From: Candidatus Danuiimicrobium aquiferis
GTDB lineage: Bacteria > Omnitrophota > Omnitrophia > Omnitrophales > Danuiimicrobiaceae
Assembly: GCA_001804285.1 (NCBI GenBank)
Contig: MHFR01000051.1
Coordinates: 46,926-110,925 of the forward strand
Length of the DNA: 64,000 nt
Direction of reading: 5' to 3'
Of this stretch, positions 46,654 through 55,900 are shown piece by piece. The notes beneath the pieces were generated by a model that made no database searches, was not told the origin of the DNA, and was given only the letters and a program-made list of their open reading frames with translations. The first letter of the stretch is position 1. Every line of letters begins with the position of its first letter. The position numbers and the translations under genes were made by a program.

Positions 46654-47502
46654 TTATGATTTCTTTTTGCTGAGCGCCAGAACGTATTCCGTACCGCTTT
46701 CCGAAAACCAAACGCCATCGCGTTCGATGCGAACTAATTTTTTGTTGTCAATCAGGGCCCCCACTGACACAATCTTCCCATCAATCAAAGCAACCGGTTT
46801 TTTTGTGTTCCACACAATCATGGTCACCTGATGATTCCCCGGGAGTGTATTATCACGCGGCTTATTTCCCAAAAGAAACGGGTCTTGTTTCGGCGGAACA
46901 ATCTGCGCGTCCGTTTCCTTGGCTTTTACTTTCGAATGACCGCTCAGAATCGAAAAAAGGTTAACGGTTACCAGAGGTAAAGGGTTCACCTCAGAATCGG
47001 ATTCCATGCTCAACGATTGCACGCCAAGGAGAATCTTTCCTTTTTCAATTCGTTCAAGGTACGACGCAACATCAGTGTACCCGCCATAAAACTTAACTTC
47101 GATGTGAATTGCATCAGCAATCCCGCCTTCTTCCGAACGCGCGATCGTGGGTTCTACGGAAACAAATTTTGTATCCAGCCCCTGAAACGCTGCCGTGAGT
47201 CCTTCGAGAAGCTCGGCCATATCTTTCCGTGAAGGTAGTTTATCTTCCATTTGTGTCACTTCTTCATTCATTTTATTAAACTCATCATACCGTTCCGAAT
47301 AAATTTTTTGATCCTTGTTATAGCCTTCTCTTTTGTTTTCCACGGTTTGCAATTCACTTTTTATCGCAAGGGTTTCCTGTCCTATTATTTTCTTTTTATG
47401 TTCGATCGGCTTCACAATGTTAGAAAAAAATACATAAAAGATAATCGCATAAAGCGCCAAGATAATCGCAGCTTGTGTATTCCTGCTCATTCGCACAACC
47501 AT
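46654..47502 (-). CDS. PilO/PilP-like (or GspM-like) bitopic assembly protein
   Basis: An N-terminal TM segment and a coiled coil precede a periplasmic domain. Position is between pilN and the secretin. Confidence 0.55.
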   Translation of the reverse strand: MVVRMSRNTQAAIILALYAIIFYVFFSNIVKPIEHKKKIIGQETLAIKSELQTVENKREGYNKDQKIYSERYDEFNKMNEEVTQMEDKLPSRKDMAELLEGLTAAFQGLDTKFVSVEPTIARSEEGGIADAIHIEVKFYGGYTDVASYLERIEKGKILLGVQSLSMESDSEVNPLPLVTVNLFSILSGHSKVKAKETDAQIVPPKQDPFLLGNKPRDNTLPGNHQVTMIVWNTKKPVALIDGKIVSVGALIDNKKLVRIERDGVWFSESGTEYVLALSKKKS

Positions 47503-47512
47503 TGTGTCGTCC

Positions 47513-48094
47513 TCAAATATTTTTTAGTTCAAATGAAATCTCGAAAAAAATAACACTTTCCTTGTTGACCGTATTCGATTCGGTCCGGACAAAAGTAGCG
47601 TTTGAAAAATACTCACTCTCATTTAAATTGGCGATGAATTTGCTCACATCGGCATTGCTATATGTTCCGCCGAACACTTGACACTTTGAAGTTTCCAATA
47701 TCAATTTATCCGCCCACGCCCGGTCCGGCAGTGATTGCTTGAATTCTGAAAGAATTTGTGACCATTGGGTTCGCGTCACATCTAATCGGGCTAATTGTTC
47801 GCGTTTTTTTCTTAAAACCACAATTCTGTCTTCAATATTTTTTAGCTGGTCGGCTGAACTTTGTTTCGTACTTTCGGCCTCTTCGATTTGGGCACTGATG
47901 TGACTTAGTTTTTCATCTACGGCCTGCTTCTTTTGCTTCCCATAGTTTAAACTAATGGTCGAGTAAATCGCGATCAAAGCCATAATCACAACAAGGACAA
48001 CAGCCCCTATCACCGCCTGCATCAACAGCCCTGACTCAACAAGAGCTTTTTTTCCGGATGCGAACTCTGGTGGTATCAGATTAATTCTTTTCAT
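47513..48094 (-). CDS. pilN: PilN-like (GspL-periplasmic-like) bitopic protein
   Basis: MKRINLIPPEFASGKK ... plus a TM segment and a coiled coil. The INLLP-type N-terminus is the PilN signature. Confidence 0.7.
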   Translation of the reverse strand: MKRINLIPPEFASGKKALVESGLLMQAVIGAVVLVVIMALIAIYSTISLNYGKQKKQAVDEKLSHISAQIEEAESTKQSSADQLKNIEDRIVVLRKKREQLARLDVTRTQWSQILSEFKQSLPDRAWADKLILETSKCQVFGGTYSNADVSKFIANLNESEYFSNATFVRTESNTVNKESVIFFEISFELKNI

Positions 48095-48136
48095 GATTTC
48101 TGCTTTTTCCTTTTTGCTTAAAACTTATAACCCTCT

Positions 48137-49420
48137 TCATGGCATACCCAGTCCAAATGGTAATATTGCCCATTCGTCTATTTTCAGGGCTAATCCTAAT
48201 GCGACCGGTGAAAGTGTTTTCTTTTTATCAAAGCCATTCAGGGTTTTAAATTTCTCATCAAGGTGGTACGGTTTCCATAAATCGATCGGGTTGATATCTA
48301 CATTCAAACTTCCACAAACATATTCCCTGAAACCGGTCATGTCTGAACTGCCGCCTAATAGATAGGCCCGATGAACTTTCCCACCTTCGGATCCAACTTC
48401 TTTTGAGAATGAAAACTGAAGTGAGCGGTTCACTTCTGCTAATAATTTATTTATTTCGTCCAAGAGTACCCCGCTTACAGCGAAAGCTTCATCGCTTAAA
48501 TTCGATTCCTTAATTCCCGCTTTAGAGATAGCCGACAAACCATAAGTCTTTTTTAACTCTTCTGCTTTTGAAAAATTGCAGTTTAATTTTTCGGAAAGTG
48601 CTACCGAAAACCGGTTTCCGGCTATCGGAATCAATCGCCCAAATAGGATGCGTTGACCTGCAACAATTAATAAGCTGGTGAAACGCGCTCCAACATCAAG
48701 AATGACGACACGTTCATTTTTTTCCCAACGCTCTGTCCTGAGCAGCGCTTGCCAGCTTGCCAGCGGATTGGTTTCGATAGAAAGGACGCGAAAGCCCGCG
48801 CTTTGAACGACTTCAAATTGACGATAGATTAATTCTCGGGGTATTGCTACCAAAAAAAGTTTTTGAATGCTGCTCGCATTATCGGAATTCTGTTCAGGAA
48901 TATAATCAAAGAAATTGGTTTTAGGATCAATCAAGTGTTGATCGCTCATCTCTTTTTTGATCGATTCCCGCACTTCCTCATTTGTCCCTTTAGGCACTGC
49001 CATCTCCCCCAGAAAGACAGATTGATCATAAACACTAATTCCCACGCGTGTCTTTGGTTTTATCCTCGAAGAAATTTTAACTAAACAATTAACCACTTCT
49101 TTCATGGGATCCTCAGGCTGGCTGCCGTCCGATAATTTTTGAAGGGGTTCAACCTGATAATCTTTAATGCAGATCCCTTTACTTTTTTTGCTGAGAAGGA
49201 TAAATTTAATAGAATCCCCACCGACATCAATCCCCGCAAATTCATTGTGATAAACCGCATTCTCAAACCCTGCCCGTATGGCTTGAAAAAATCCGGGCCC
49301 GCTTTTTAAAGGGGTGCTTTCAATAGATTTTGAGCCTTCCTGTTTTTTCAGCTTTCCCGAAGTGTCAGGATCAAATATCCGCGAAATCAGCTTCTTTGAA
49401 TCAATTCGATTTTGTGACAA
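48137..49420 (-). CDS. pilM: PilM-like actin-fold ATPase (GspL-cytoplasmic-like)
   Basis: FAGIDVGGDSIKFILL ... is an actin-like ATPase fold. There is a ~60-aa N-terminal extension. Confidence 0.75.
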   Translation of the reverse strand: MSQNRIDSKKLISRIFDPDTSGKLKKQEGSKSIESTPLKSGPGFFQAIRAGFENAVYHNEFAGIDVGGDSIKFILLSKKSKGICIKDYQVEPLQKLSDGSQPEDPMKEVVNCLVKISSRIKPKTRVGISVYDQSVFLGEMAVPKGTNEEVRESIKKEMSDQHLIDPKTNFFDYIPEQNSDNASSIQKLFLVAIPRELIYRQFEVVQSAGFRVLSIETNPLASWQALLRTERWEKNERVVILDVGARFTSLLIVAGQRILFGRLIPIAGNRFSVALSEKLNCNFSKAEELKKTYGLSAISKAGIKESNLSDEAFAVSGVLLDEINKLLAEVNRSLQFSFSKEVGSEGGKVHRAYLLGGSSDMTGFREYVCGSLNVDINPIDLWKPYHLDEKFKTLNGFDKKKTLSPVALGLALKIDEWAILPFGLGMP

Positions 49421-50321
49421 GGGCCAAAACCTCCTCGGCTAACTGCTGATACTCAATCGCGCCCAACGAAGTTGGCGCATACGTGATCACCGATTGCTGG
49501 ACCATCGGTGACTCAATTAATTTCACATTGTTGTGAATGACCGTCTTGAACATTTGACTTCCGAAATAATCCCTCAGCGCATGTAACACTTCTTCTGCGA
49601 TTTTGATCCGCTTATCATAAAGGGTCGCAAGAATGCCCAATGTCTCGAGTCCGGGATTAAATTGCTGTTTAACGGATTCGATGGTCCGGAAAAGCTCCTT
49701 CATGCCTTCCAACGCATAATAATGAGTCTGCACGGGAATTAAGACTTTTGATGCATAGCACAATGCATTTAATGTCAATAAATTCAATGTCGGAGGACAA
49801 TCTAATAAAATGAAATCGTAATGTTGCTGAACATTCTGCAATTTAGACCGAAGGGCTTGCTCTCCTGCTTGTATATCGGCCAGCTCAAGTTGCGCGCTTG
49901 CCAAACGGCTCGCAGAAGGCAAAATATGAAGCCCCGGAATCTGACATGGCCGCATCACATCCCCAAAAACCACATTGGGATTGACAAGCAGATCGTAAAC
50001 CGATCGCTGCAACTTATCAACAGATACGCCAAGCCCTAATGTCGCATGTGCTTGCGGATCTAAATCCACCACCAAAACCTTTCCACCCTTTATGGCCAAA
50101 GCAGCGCTAAGATTGACAACCGTTGTGGTTTTCCCGCAACCGCCTTTTTGGTTCATCACAGTTATCGTCACGGGCCGGCTTCCCTCCGGAAGTCCAAAAG
50201 AACTTTGAAGATCTCGCTTTAACTCCCCTTCACGGAGCCACCCAAAAATACTTCTGAATTTGAACCCTGCTTTTTTTGGGGGTTCCTCTGTAGAAATCGT
50301 ACTCTCCAGTAATTCACTCAT
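49401..50321 (-). CDS. ParA/MinD-family P-loop ATPase
   Basis: The deviant Walker A is NQKGGCGKTTTVVNLSAALAIKGGKVLVVDLDPQA. The internal ATG overlaps the merR stop (ATGA). Confidence 0.75.
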   Translation of the reverse strand: MSELLESTISTEEPPKKAGFKFRSIFGWLREGELKRDLQSSFGLPEGSRPVTITVMNQKGGCGKTTTVVNLSAALAIKGGKVLVVDLDPQAHATLGLGVSVDKLQRSVYDLLVNPNVVFGDVMRPCQIPGLHILPSASRLASAQLELADIQAGEQALRSKLQNVQQHYDFILLDCPPTLNLLTLNALCYASKVLIPVQTHYYALEGMKELFRTIESVKQQFNPGLETLGILATLYDKRIKIAEEVLHALRDYFGSQMFKTVIHNNVKLIESPMVQQSVITYAPTSLGAIEYQQLAEEVLALVTKSN

Positions 50322-50605
50322 ATGGAATCCTCCTTGGAACCCTTGACTTTCAATGCAGCCGCGCACAGTGTATAGCCTTCGTTCAAAAGCTGCTTAATCC
50401 GCAGCAATACGTTAATATCTGATTGCGAAAACCTTCTATATTCATACGAACCGAATTGTTCATAAATGGGCTTAACGATTCCAAGCTGTTCCCAATAATA
50501 AAGTTGCCGGCTTGAAACTCCAACGAGCTTTGCTGTCGAAGAAATACTGTAGTACAGCGCACCTGAATGGACTATGTCTAACATCTGTTGCAAATTTTGC
50601 GTCAT
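50318..50605 (-). CDS. MerR-family HTH transcriptional regulator, minimal (95 aa, no effector domain)
   Basis: YSISSTAKLVGVSSRQLYYWEQLGIVKP is a MerR-type HTH. Confidence 0.7.
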   Translation of the reverse strand: MTQNLQQMLDIVHSGALYYSISSTAKLVGVSSRQLYYWEQLGIVKPIYEQFGSYEYRRFSQSDINVLLRIKQLLNEGYTLCAAALKVKGSKEDSI

Positions 50606-50769
50606 AATAGTTAACCTTTTGTTTTACAAGTATGTCTATGGTTTGACATCCTTGTTATATGCGTGAATCGACCGAAGGCAGAGAAACTTTATTGATTTTT
50701 ATTTGAAATGGGGTGTTTACCCGGAGGCTGCCATTGGTAATTGTTTAGCGTTCTGAAGTGGCAAACACG

Positions 50770-50905
50770 CCAGGTTCGTGTCATGCCCGCATGCTTAAGG
50801 CGGGCATCCACAGTTTCTGGATTCCCGCTTTCGCGGGAATGACAAAAAATCAGAGGCCCTTTTACAGATAATCGCTTCAAAACGCTAAACAAATACTGCC
50901 ATTGA
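50770..50905. repeat. Family-A repeat element + conserved extension, between merR and gspE
   Basis: GTCATGCCCGCATGCTTAAGGCGGGCATCCACAGTTTCTGGATTCCCGCTTTCGCGGGAATGACAAAA ... CCCTTTTACAGATAATCGCTTCAAAACGCTAAACAAATAC. Confidence 0.8.
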
Positions 50906-50920
50906 AGTGATTACTAAAAT

Positions 50921-50967
50921 CCCCTCACCCCTACCCTCTCCCCGTGGGAGAGGGTAGGGGTGAGGGC
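50921..50967 (-). terminator. Perfect 21-bp-arm GC-rich palindrome directly 3' of the gspE stop (candidate intrinsic terminator / family-C repeat)
   Basis: CCCTCACCCCTACCCTCTCCC cgtg GGGAGAGGGTAGGGGTGAGGG. On the minus strand it is followed by ATTTTAGTAATC. Confidence 0.4.
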
Positions 50968-50974
50968 AACCGGA

Positions 50975-52681
50975 CTACGAGTCCTGTGTCACTCTCAGGA
51001 CCTCGTCGATGGTGGAAACGCCCTGCTGGGCTTTGAGGAGGCCTTCTTCTTTTAAGGTTTTCATGCCAAGCGCAATCGCTTTTCTTTTAATGACTTCCGC
51101 GGATTCTTTTTTAACAATAGACGCGCGAATATCATCCGTTGGAACCATGAACTCAAATATGCCCGTTCTTCCCTGATAACCCGTTCCTTTGCATCGGTCA
51201 CAACCGACCTTTTCATAGAACTCGGATTTAACATTCTTTGCTCCGATGTGACCGCTCACTTCCATTAATAATGCTTTTTCAGGGAGATACGGTTTTCTGC
51301 AATGAGTACACAGCTTACGAACAAGCCGCTGCGCGATGACACAGCTTAGAGATGACGAAATCAAAAATGGCTCGACCCCCATATCAAGCAACCTGGTAAT
51401 GGCTGCCGGCGCATCGTTGGTGTGTAAGGTGCTTAGCACCAGATGCCCCGTCAATGCGGCTTGAATGGCAATCGTTGCCGTTTCCAAATCACGGATTTCA
51501 CCGATCATAATCACATCGGGATCCTGTCGCATAATCGAACGCAATCCCTTGGCGAAGGTCAACCCGCTTTTCAGATCAATTTGTGATTGCCGGACTCTTT
51601 CCAACCGGGACTCAACCGGATCTTCTAAGGTAATGATATGCTTCTCGACGGAATTAATTCGGTTTAAACAAGCGTATAACGTGCTTGTTTTTCCGCTACC
51701 GGTCGGACCCGTGACTAAAATAATTCCGTGCGGATATTGAAGGATTTTTTCGAATTGAATCAATGCCTGTTGCTGCATCCCGAGATCCTCAAGCGAAATT
51801 ACAGACTCTGACCGGTCCAAGACACGGATGACCACATTTTCACCATAAATGGTCGGGAAGGTGGAGATACGAAGATTCACGTCTCTATCTTTCATCTGAT
51901 ATTGAATCCGTCCGTCTTGAGGCAGCCGTTTTTCGGCAATATCCATATTGGCCATAATTTTGATGCGGGAAATAATTGACGATTCCATCGATTTCGGAGG
52001 CAGGGGCGAATAATCGTACAAAACCCCGTCAATCCGGTAACGCACGTACAATGCCTTTTCCGCAGGCTCCAAATGAATATCGCTTGCATGATTTTCGAGT
52101 GCTTTTTCAATCAGTAAATTGACAATATTAACAGCGGGCGCATTCTGGGTTGATTCGCCTATGATTTTATCTTTCGATTCTCCGGAAACTGAACCGCCAT
52201 CTCCTCCGATTCCACGGATGGCTTTCCCAAGATGATCTTCCGTCCCAAAGAGTTGATTGATTTTTCGGAGAATGGCTTCTTCATCGGAAAAAACCGGAGA
52301 AATTTCGCACTTGGCATATTGTCCGAGGCGGTCGAGCAGAACGACATCAAGAGGATCAATCATGGCCATAGTCAAAACGTTCTTTTCTTTTTTGATCGGT
52401 AAAACTTTGAAGTAACGGATTAATTTTTCAGGAATCAATTTAATCGTTTCGGGATCAAGAGAAGGAATTTGATCCAAATCAAGGAATGAAATGCGGTAAA
52501 ATTCACTGATCAGCTTAAGAACTTCTACTCGGGAACGACCTTCGAGACACGGCAAAACATCAATAAAACGTTTTCCTGCTTTACCGCGTTCTTCAAAAAG
52601 CTTGTCTTTTTCGGGTTGCGTTAACATATGCCCCGAGGAAAGTTTTTCTTTCAGATACGTTTCTAATTCCTTTTCAATCAC
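50975..52681 (-). CDS. gspE: Type II secretion / type IV pilus assembly ATPase (GspE/PilB family)
   Basis: N-terminal MshEN-like domain, Walker A GPTGSGKTSTLYA, the Asp/His boxes, and the tetracysteine motif CTHCRKP...CDRCKGTGY. Confidence 0.9.
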   Translation of the reverse strand: MIEKELETYLKEKLSSGHMLTQPEKDKLFEERGKAGKRFIDVLPCLEGRSRVEVLKLISEFYRISFLDLDQIPSLDPETIKLIPEKLIRYFKVLPIKKEKNVLTMAMIDPLDVVLLDRLGQYAKCEISPVFSDEEAILRKINQLFGTEDHLGKAIRGIGGDGGSVSGESKDKIIGESTQNAPAVNIVNLLIEKALENHASDIHLEPAEKALYVRYRIDGVLYDYSPLPPKSMESSIISRIKIMANMDIAEKRLPQDGRIQYQMKDRDVNLRISTFPTIYGENVVIRVLDRSESVISLEDLGMQQQALIQFEKILQYPHGIILVTGPTGSGKTSTLYACLNRINSVEKHIITLEDPVESRLERVRQSQIDLKSGLTFAKGLRSIMRQDPDVIMIGEIRDLETATIAIQAALTGHLVLSTLHTNDAPAAITRLLDMGVEPFLISSSLSCVIAQRLVRKLCTHCRKPYLPEKALLMEVSGHIGAKNVKSEFYEKVGCDRCKGTGYQGRTGIFEFMVPTDDIRASIVKKESAEVIKRKAIALGMKTLKEEGLLKAQQGVSTIDEVLRVTQDS

Positions 52682-52835
52682 GAATCAACCCGTTGGTTAT
52701 GATGATATGATGAGCTTTGTGTTTCAGAATTACAATTTTGACAATTTAACCTGAACCCCTCATTAAATCAAGAAAAAAGTGCCCAATCAAAGCCATGACA
52801 CCCTTGATTTAAATTTTGTGTTTTGCAAAATTTAT

Positions 52836-52907
52836 GTCATTCCCGCAAGCTTTAAGCGGGAATCCAGAAAAAATATGGATCCCCGATAGAAACATTCGGG
52901 GATGACA
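52836..52907. repeat. Family-A repeat element, between gspE and the giant gene
   Basis: GTCATTCCCGCAAGCTTTAAGCGGGAATCC ... GGATCCCCGATAGAAACATTCGGGGATGACA. Confidence 0.8.
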
Positions 52908-52971
52908 AATCATTCATTGTCAAAGAGTTGTGATTATTACACCATAAAAAGCGCAGAATTCACGTTGAAAT

Positions 52972-55900
52972 TTATTTCTTTTCCGGCGGTTTCATTTCAG
53001 CCGGCATTTCTTTCCATGTAACAATCCTCAAATTCCGGCTCCCGACGGATCCGAAATTAATAACGCCCCTCTTTTCAGAAACAGTGACGGCCGATTCCGG
53101 CATCACAGCCGCACCCACGTAAATCGTTTCAACGGCCGAAGATTTCATCTCGAAAGTACAAACTCCATTTTTCATCACAAATTCCGTTTGCTTTGGCAGC
53201 GTTAACGACGGAAGCAGCGAATCTCCGGTTTGCCCGACCGGCTTTCCTTCCGGCAAATAATATTGAACTGTCACACGCGTCGAATCGGTTTTAATCACTT
53301 GCCCCTTGGAATCAACCACCTTTATCGTCACCTTCACCGGCTCGTTCAGCGCTCCGTAAGACGATTCAATCACGATAGTCGCTTTAACCACCTCTGCTTT
53401 AGGAGACGATTCTCCCTCGGCATCAGCATCCTCGGCTGTAATTGAAAACTCAGGCAAATCTCCGGGCCCGATGATGTTGAAAACGTGGATCCCCTGATCA
53501 GAACCTGTAAATTCATATTCTTCGGGTAGCCCCAACTCGACTCCGGAAGATAGTCCAATCTTCCCGGCATAGTTCGTGATTGCCTGATTATTGAAATCAA
53601 ACGCACTCACGGTTGCCGTGAATTTCTCTCCGTCATAATAAGTATAAAGATCAGCTTGTGCCCGCGAAGCATCCGCCGGCTTTGAAAGCTCGATCTGAAA
53701 CTTGGAAGCAACAAACGAGACGGATTCGGATGTTCCGAAAAGCAATTCCGGATATTGTGTATCGATTACTTTCAAAGATACTTCCCCCCAGGCGTTAAAC
53801 CGGTTGGTCAATGTAACGGTACCGTTTGATATTGAACTCAAATTGGTTACGGCAAGATTTTCGACTGTTCCGCCGTCTTCAGTCACAACCGTCACATCTG
53901 CTGCGCCGTCATAATTCGAAGTCACTTCCCCGCTTTGATTTACCGCCGTCACCGTCATTTCAAAATCTTTCCCGACGGCGAATGATTTTTCATCTACCAC
54001 CACTTTATATTCATACGGAATAACCGTGAGATTTCCCGAGACGCCCTTAATCACCCCGTCCGCGCTGTCACTTGCCAGCACTTGAATGATTCCGGCATCG
54101 TCATATTGAAGCGAGGCCGTGGCAATCCCGCCTGAAAAGTTGGACACGACGGCCGGCACGAACTGCTTGGTCCCGGCCGTAGGGTTAATATATTGCACTC
54201 CCAAATTGGCCGTTCCGCTGTAAGACACAACCGCTTTATTTCCGCCCGCCCCGGTTTCAACAGCAGAAATCCTTACATCAAACGGCGTGCCGGCTTTTAC
54301 CAGTCCTTGAGTGAGAAGTTCTATCAAATAACTCACTGAACCAAAAGTCACCGTATCCGTGCTGGTATCCGTACTGTCATTCGAATCCGTATAGGTCACC
54401 GTCACCAAATCTCCTCCGCCGCTCACCTCAAGGGTCCCGTTATCTACATGCCCCGTCCGGTTTTGTACGGTCGGAAATGGATTATACGGTACGGAACTCG
54501 TATTGATGAAAATACCGCTATCGACATCGCTTTCAAGCAAGTTAATTTCCTCAGAATCGCCTGTTGCCGGATTGCTCACCGTTACTTTGATCGCATCTTT
54601 AACTAACGGATCCCGATTCCGGTCCGCATCCAGAACTTTCACATAGACATAGTCACCGATCGAATAATTCGACACTTCGATTCCGCTCACATTCACAAAA
54701 TGGATCTCCGATCTGGTTGAAGTCACAGTAATTTCACTTGATAAAACGGGGGCGATTAAATCATTCCCGACCAGTTCCGCTTTCAATTTAATCACGCCGC
54801 CTTCGTTGTAAGACACGTTTGAAAAAGTGGCCACACCGCCGGTGACGGTGATCGTGTTATCTTCATCGAGTGCACTTGATGACAAAGTCCCCGGAGCTAC
54901 GGTTGTTCCGTCCGAAGCCAAAACTGCCGTCAGCTTAATCCGGGAGATTGAATCCGAAGAAATGGCGTTTCCGGCTTCGTCCAAGATCGAAACCACCGGC
55001 TGAGTCGTAAATACACTTCCAGCAAAAATCGATGCCGGGGCCGGTGCGGTCGAAAACTGGATTGCCGAGGCGGTCAGTGAACCGACCACAAGATCTAAAT
55101 CATAATCGGCGCTTCCCGTCGAATCATACGTCCCGTCACTTGCATCCAAAGAGACCGTTTCGGCAGTATAGAGCGTTACATCCGTTTCCGCCTTACAACT
55201 TCCTCCGCCGCACAGAAAATCCAGCAACGTCGAAGAGCCGATATTGACCACAATCCCGTTCTTGTCCCGCGCAAAAGGCGTTTTCCCGTTCGTTGCCGTC
55301 GGGCCGCTAAACGTAATGGATTTTTCCCCGGAATAAGTCGCTAAAATCGGAACGCCGCCATTGTCGTATGGCGTGACGCGGACCGTTATCGTATTTCCGC
55401 TTGCGATCGTTCCCGGACTCGTAGACGTCACCACGAAATGGTCGAGGGATTGATGGAATAGCCAATTCGTATTATTTCCCGAATTGGTACCGCTATAGCA
55501 ATCAATTATTTTTTCCGATTTTTGATCTTTGACGTCCACATCGAAACACGCAAACGTTCCTGTTCCGGACCACAACCGCTGAACGCCTTCCACCGTCGAC
55601 CGGATTTTAATTACATCGGAATCTCCGCCGCCGGAAGCGCCGCCCGCGCCGTTCAGACTCACTGTTCCCGCATTCACGAGCCCGCCTTCACCGATCGTAA
55701 TGGTGGCTTCGTCCGATGAACTGCCGCCCGCATGGGTCCATGCGCCGTCTGTTTCAATCACCACTTTATAAGCATTTAACTCAACATTTTCCTCCTGAAC
55801 CAGTTCGCCGTCTAAAATGGTGAGTGTCCCATTCACCACCAGATTTTTTGTGGACACATTCACATCGTCCGCATCGCCAACGCCTGACTTTTCGATCACT

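Noticed and set aside
1650-52907. Possible CRISPR array, suggested by the recurring GTCATTCCCGC...GCGGGAATGAC palindromes
   Set aside because: Copies are dispersed singly or in twin-hairpin pairs across intergenic regions, tens of kb apart. They are not regularly spaced direct repeats with unique spacers, and no cas genes are present. The repeats are palindromic REP/MITE-like elements instead.
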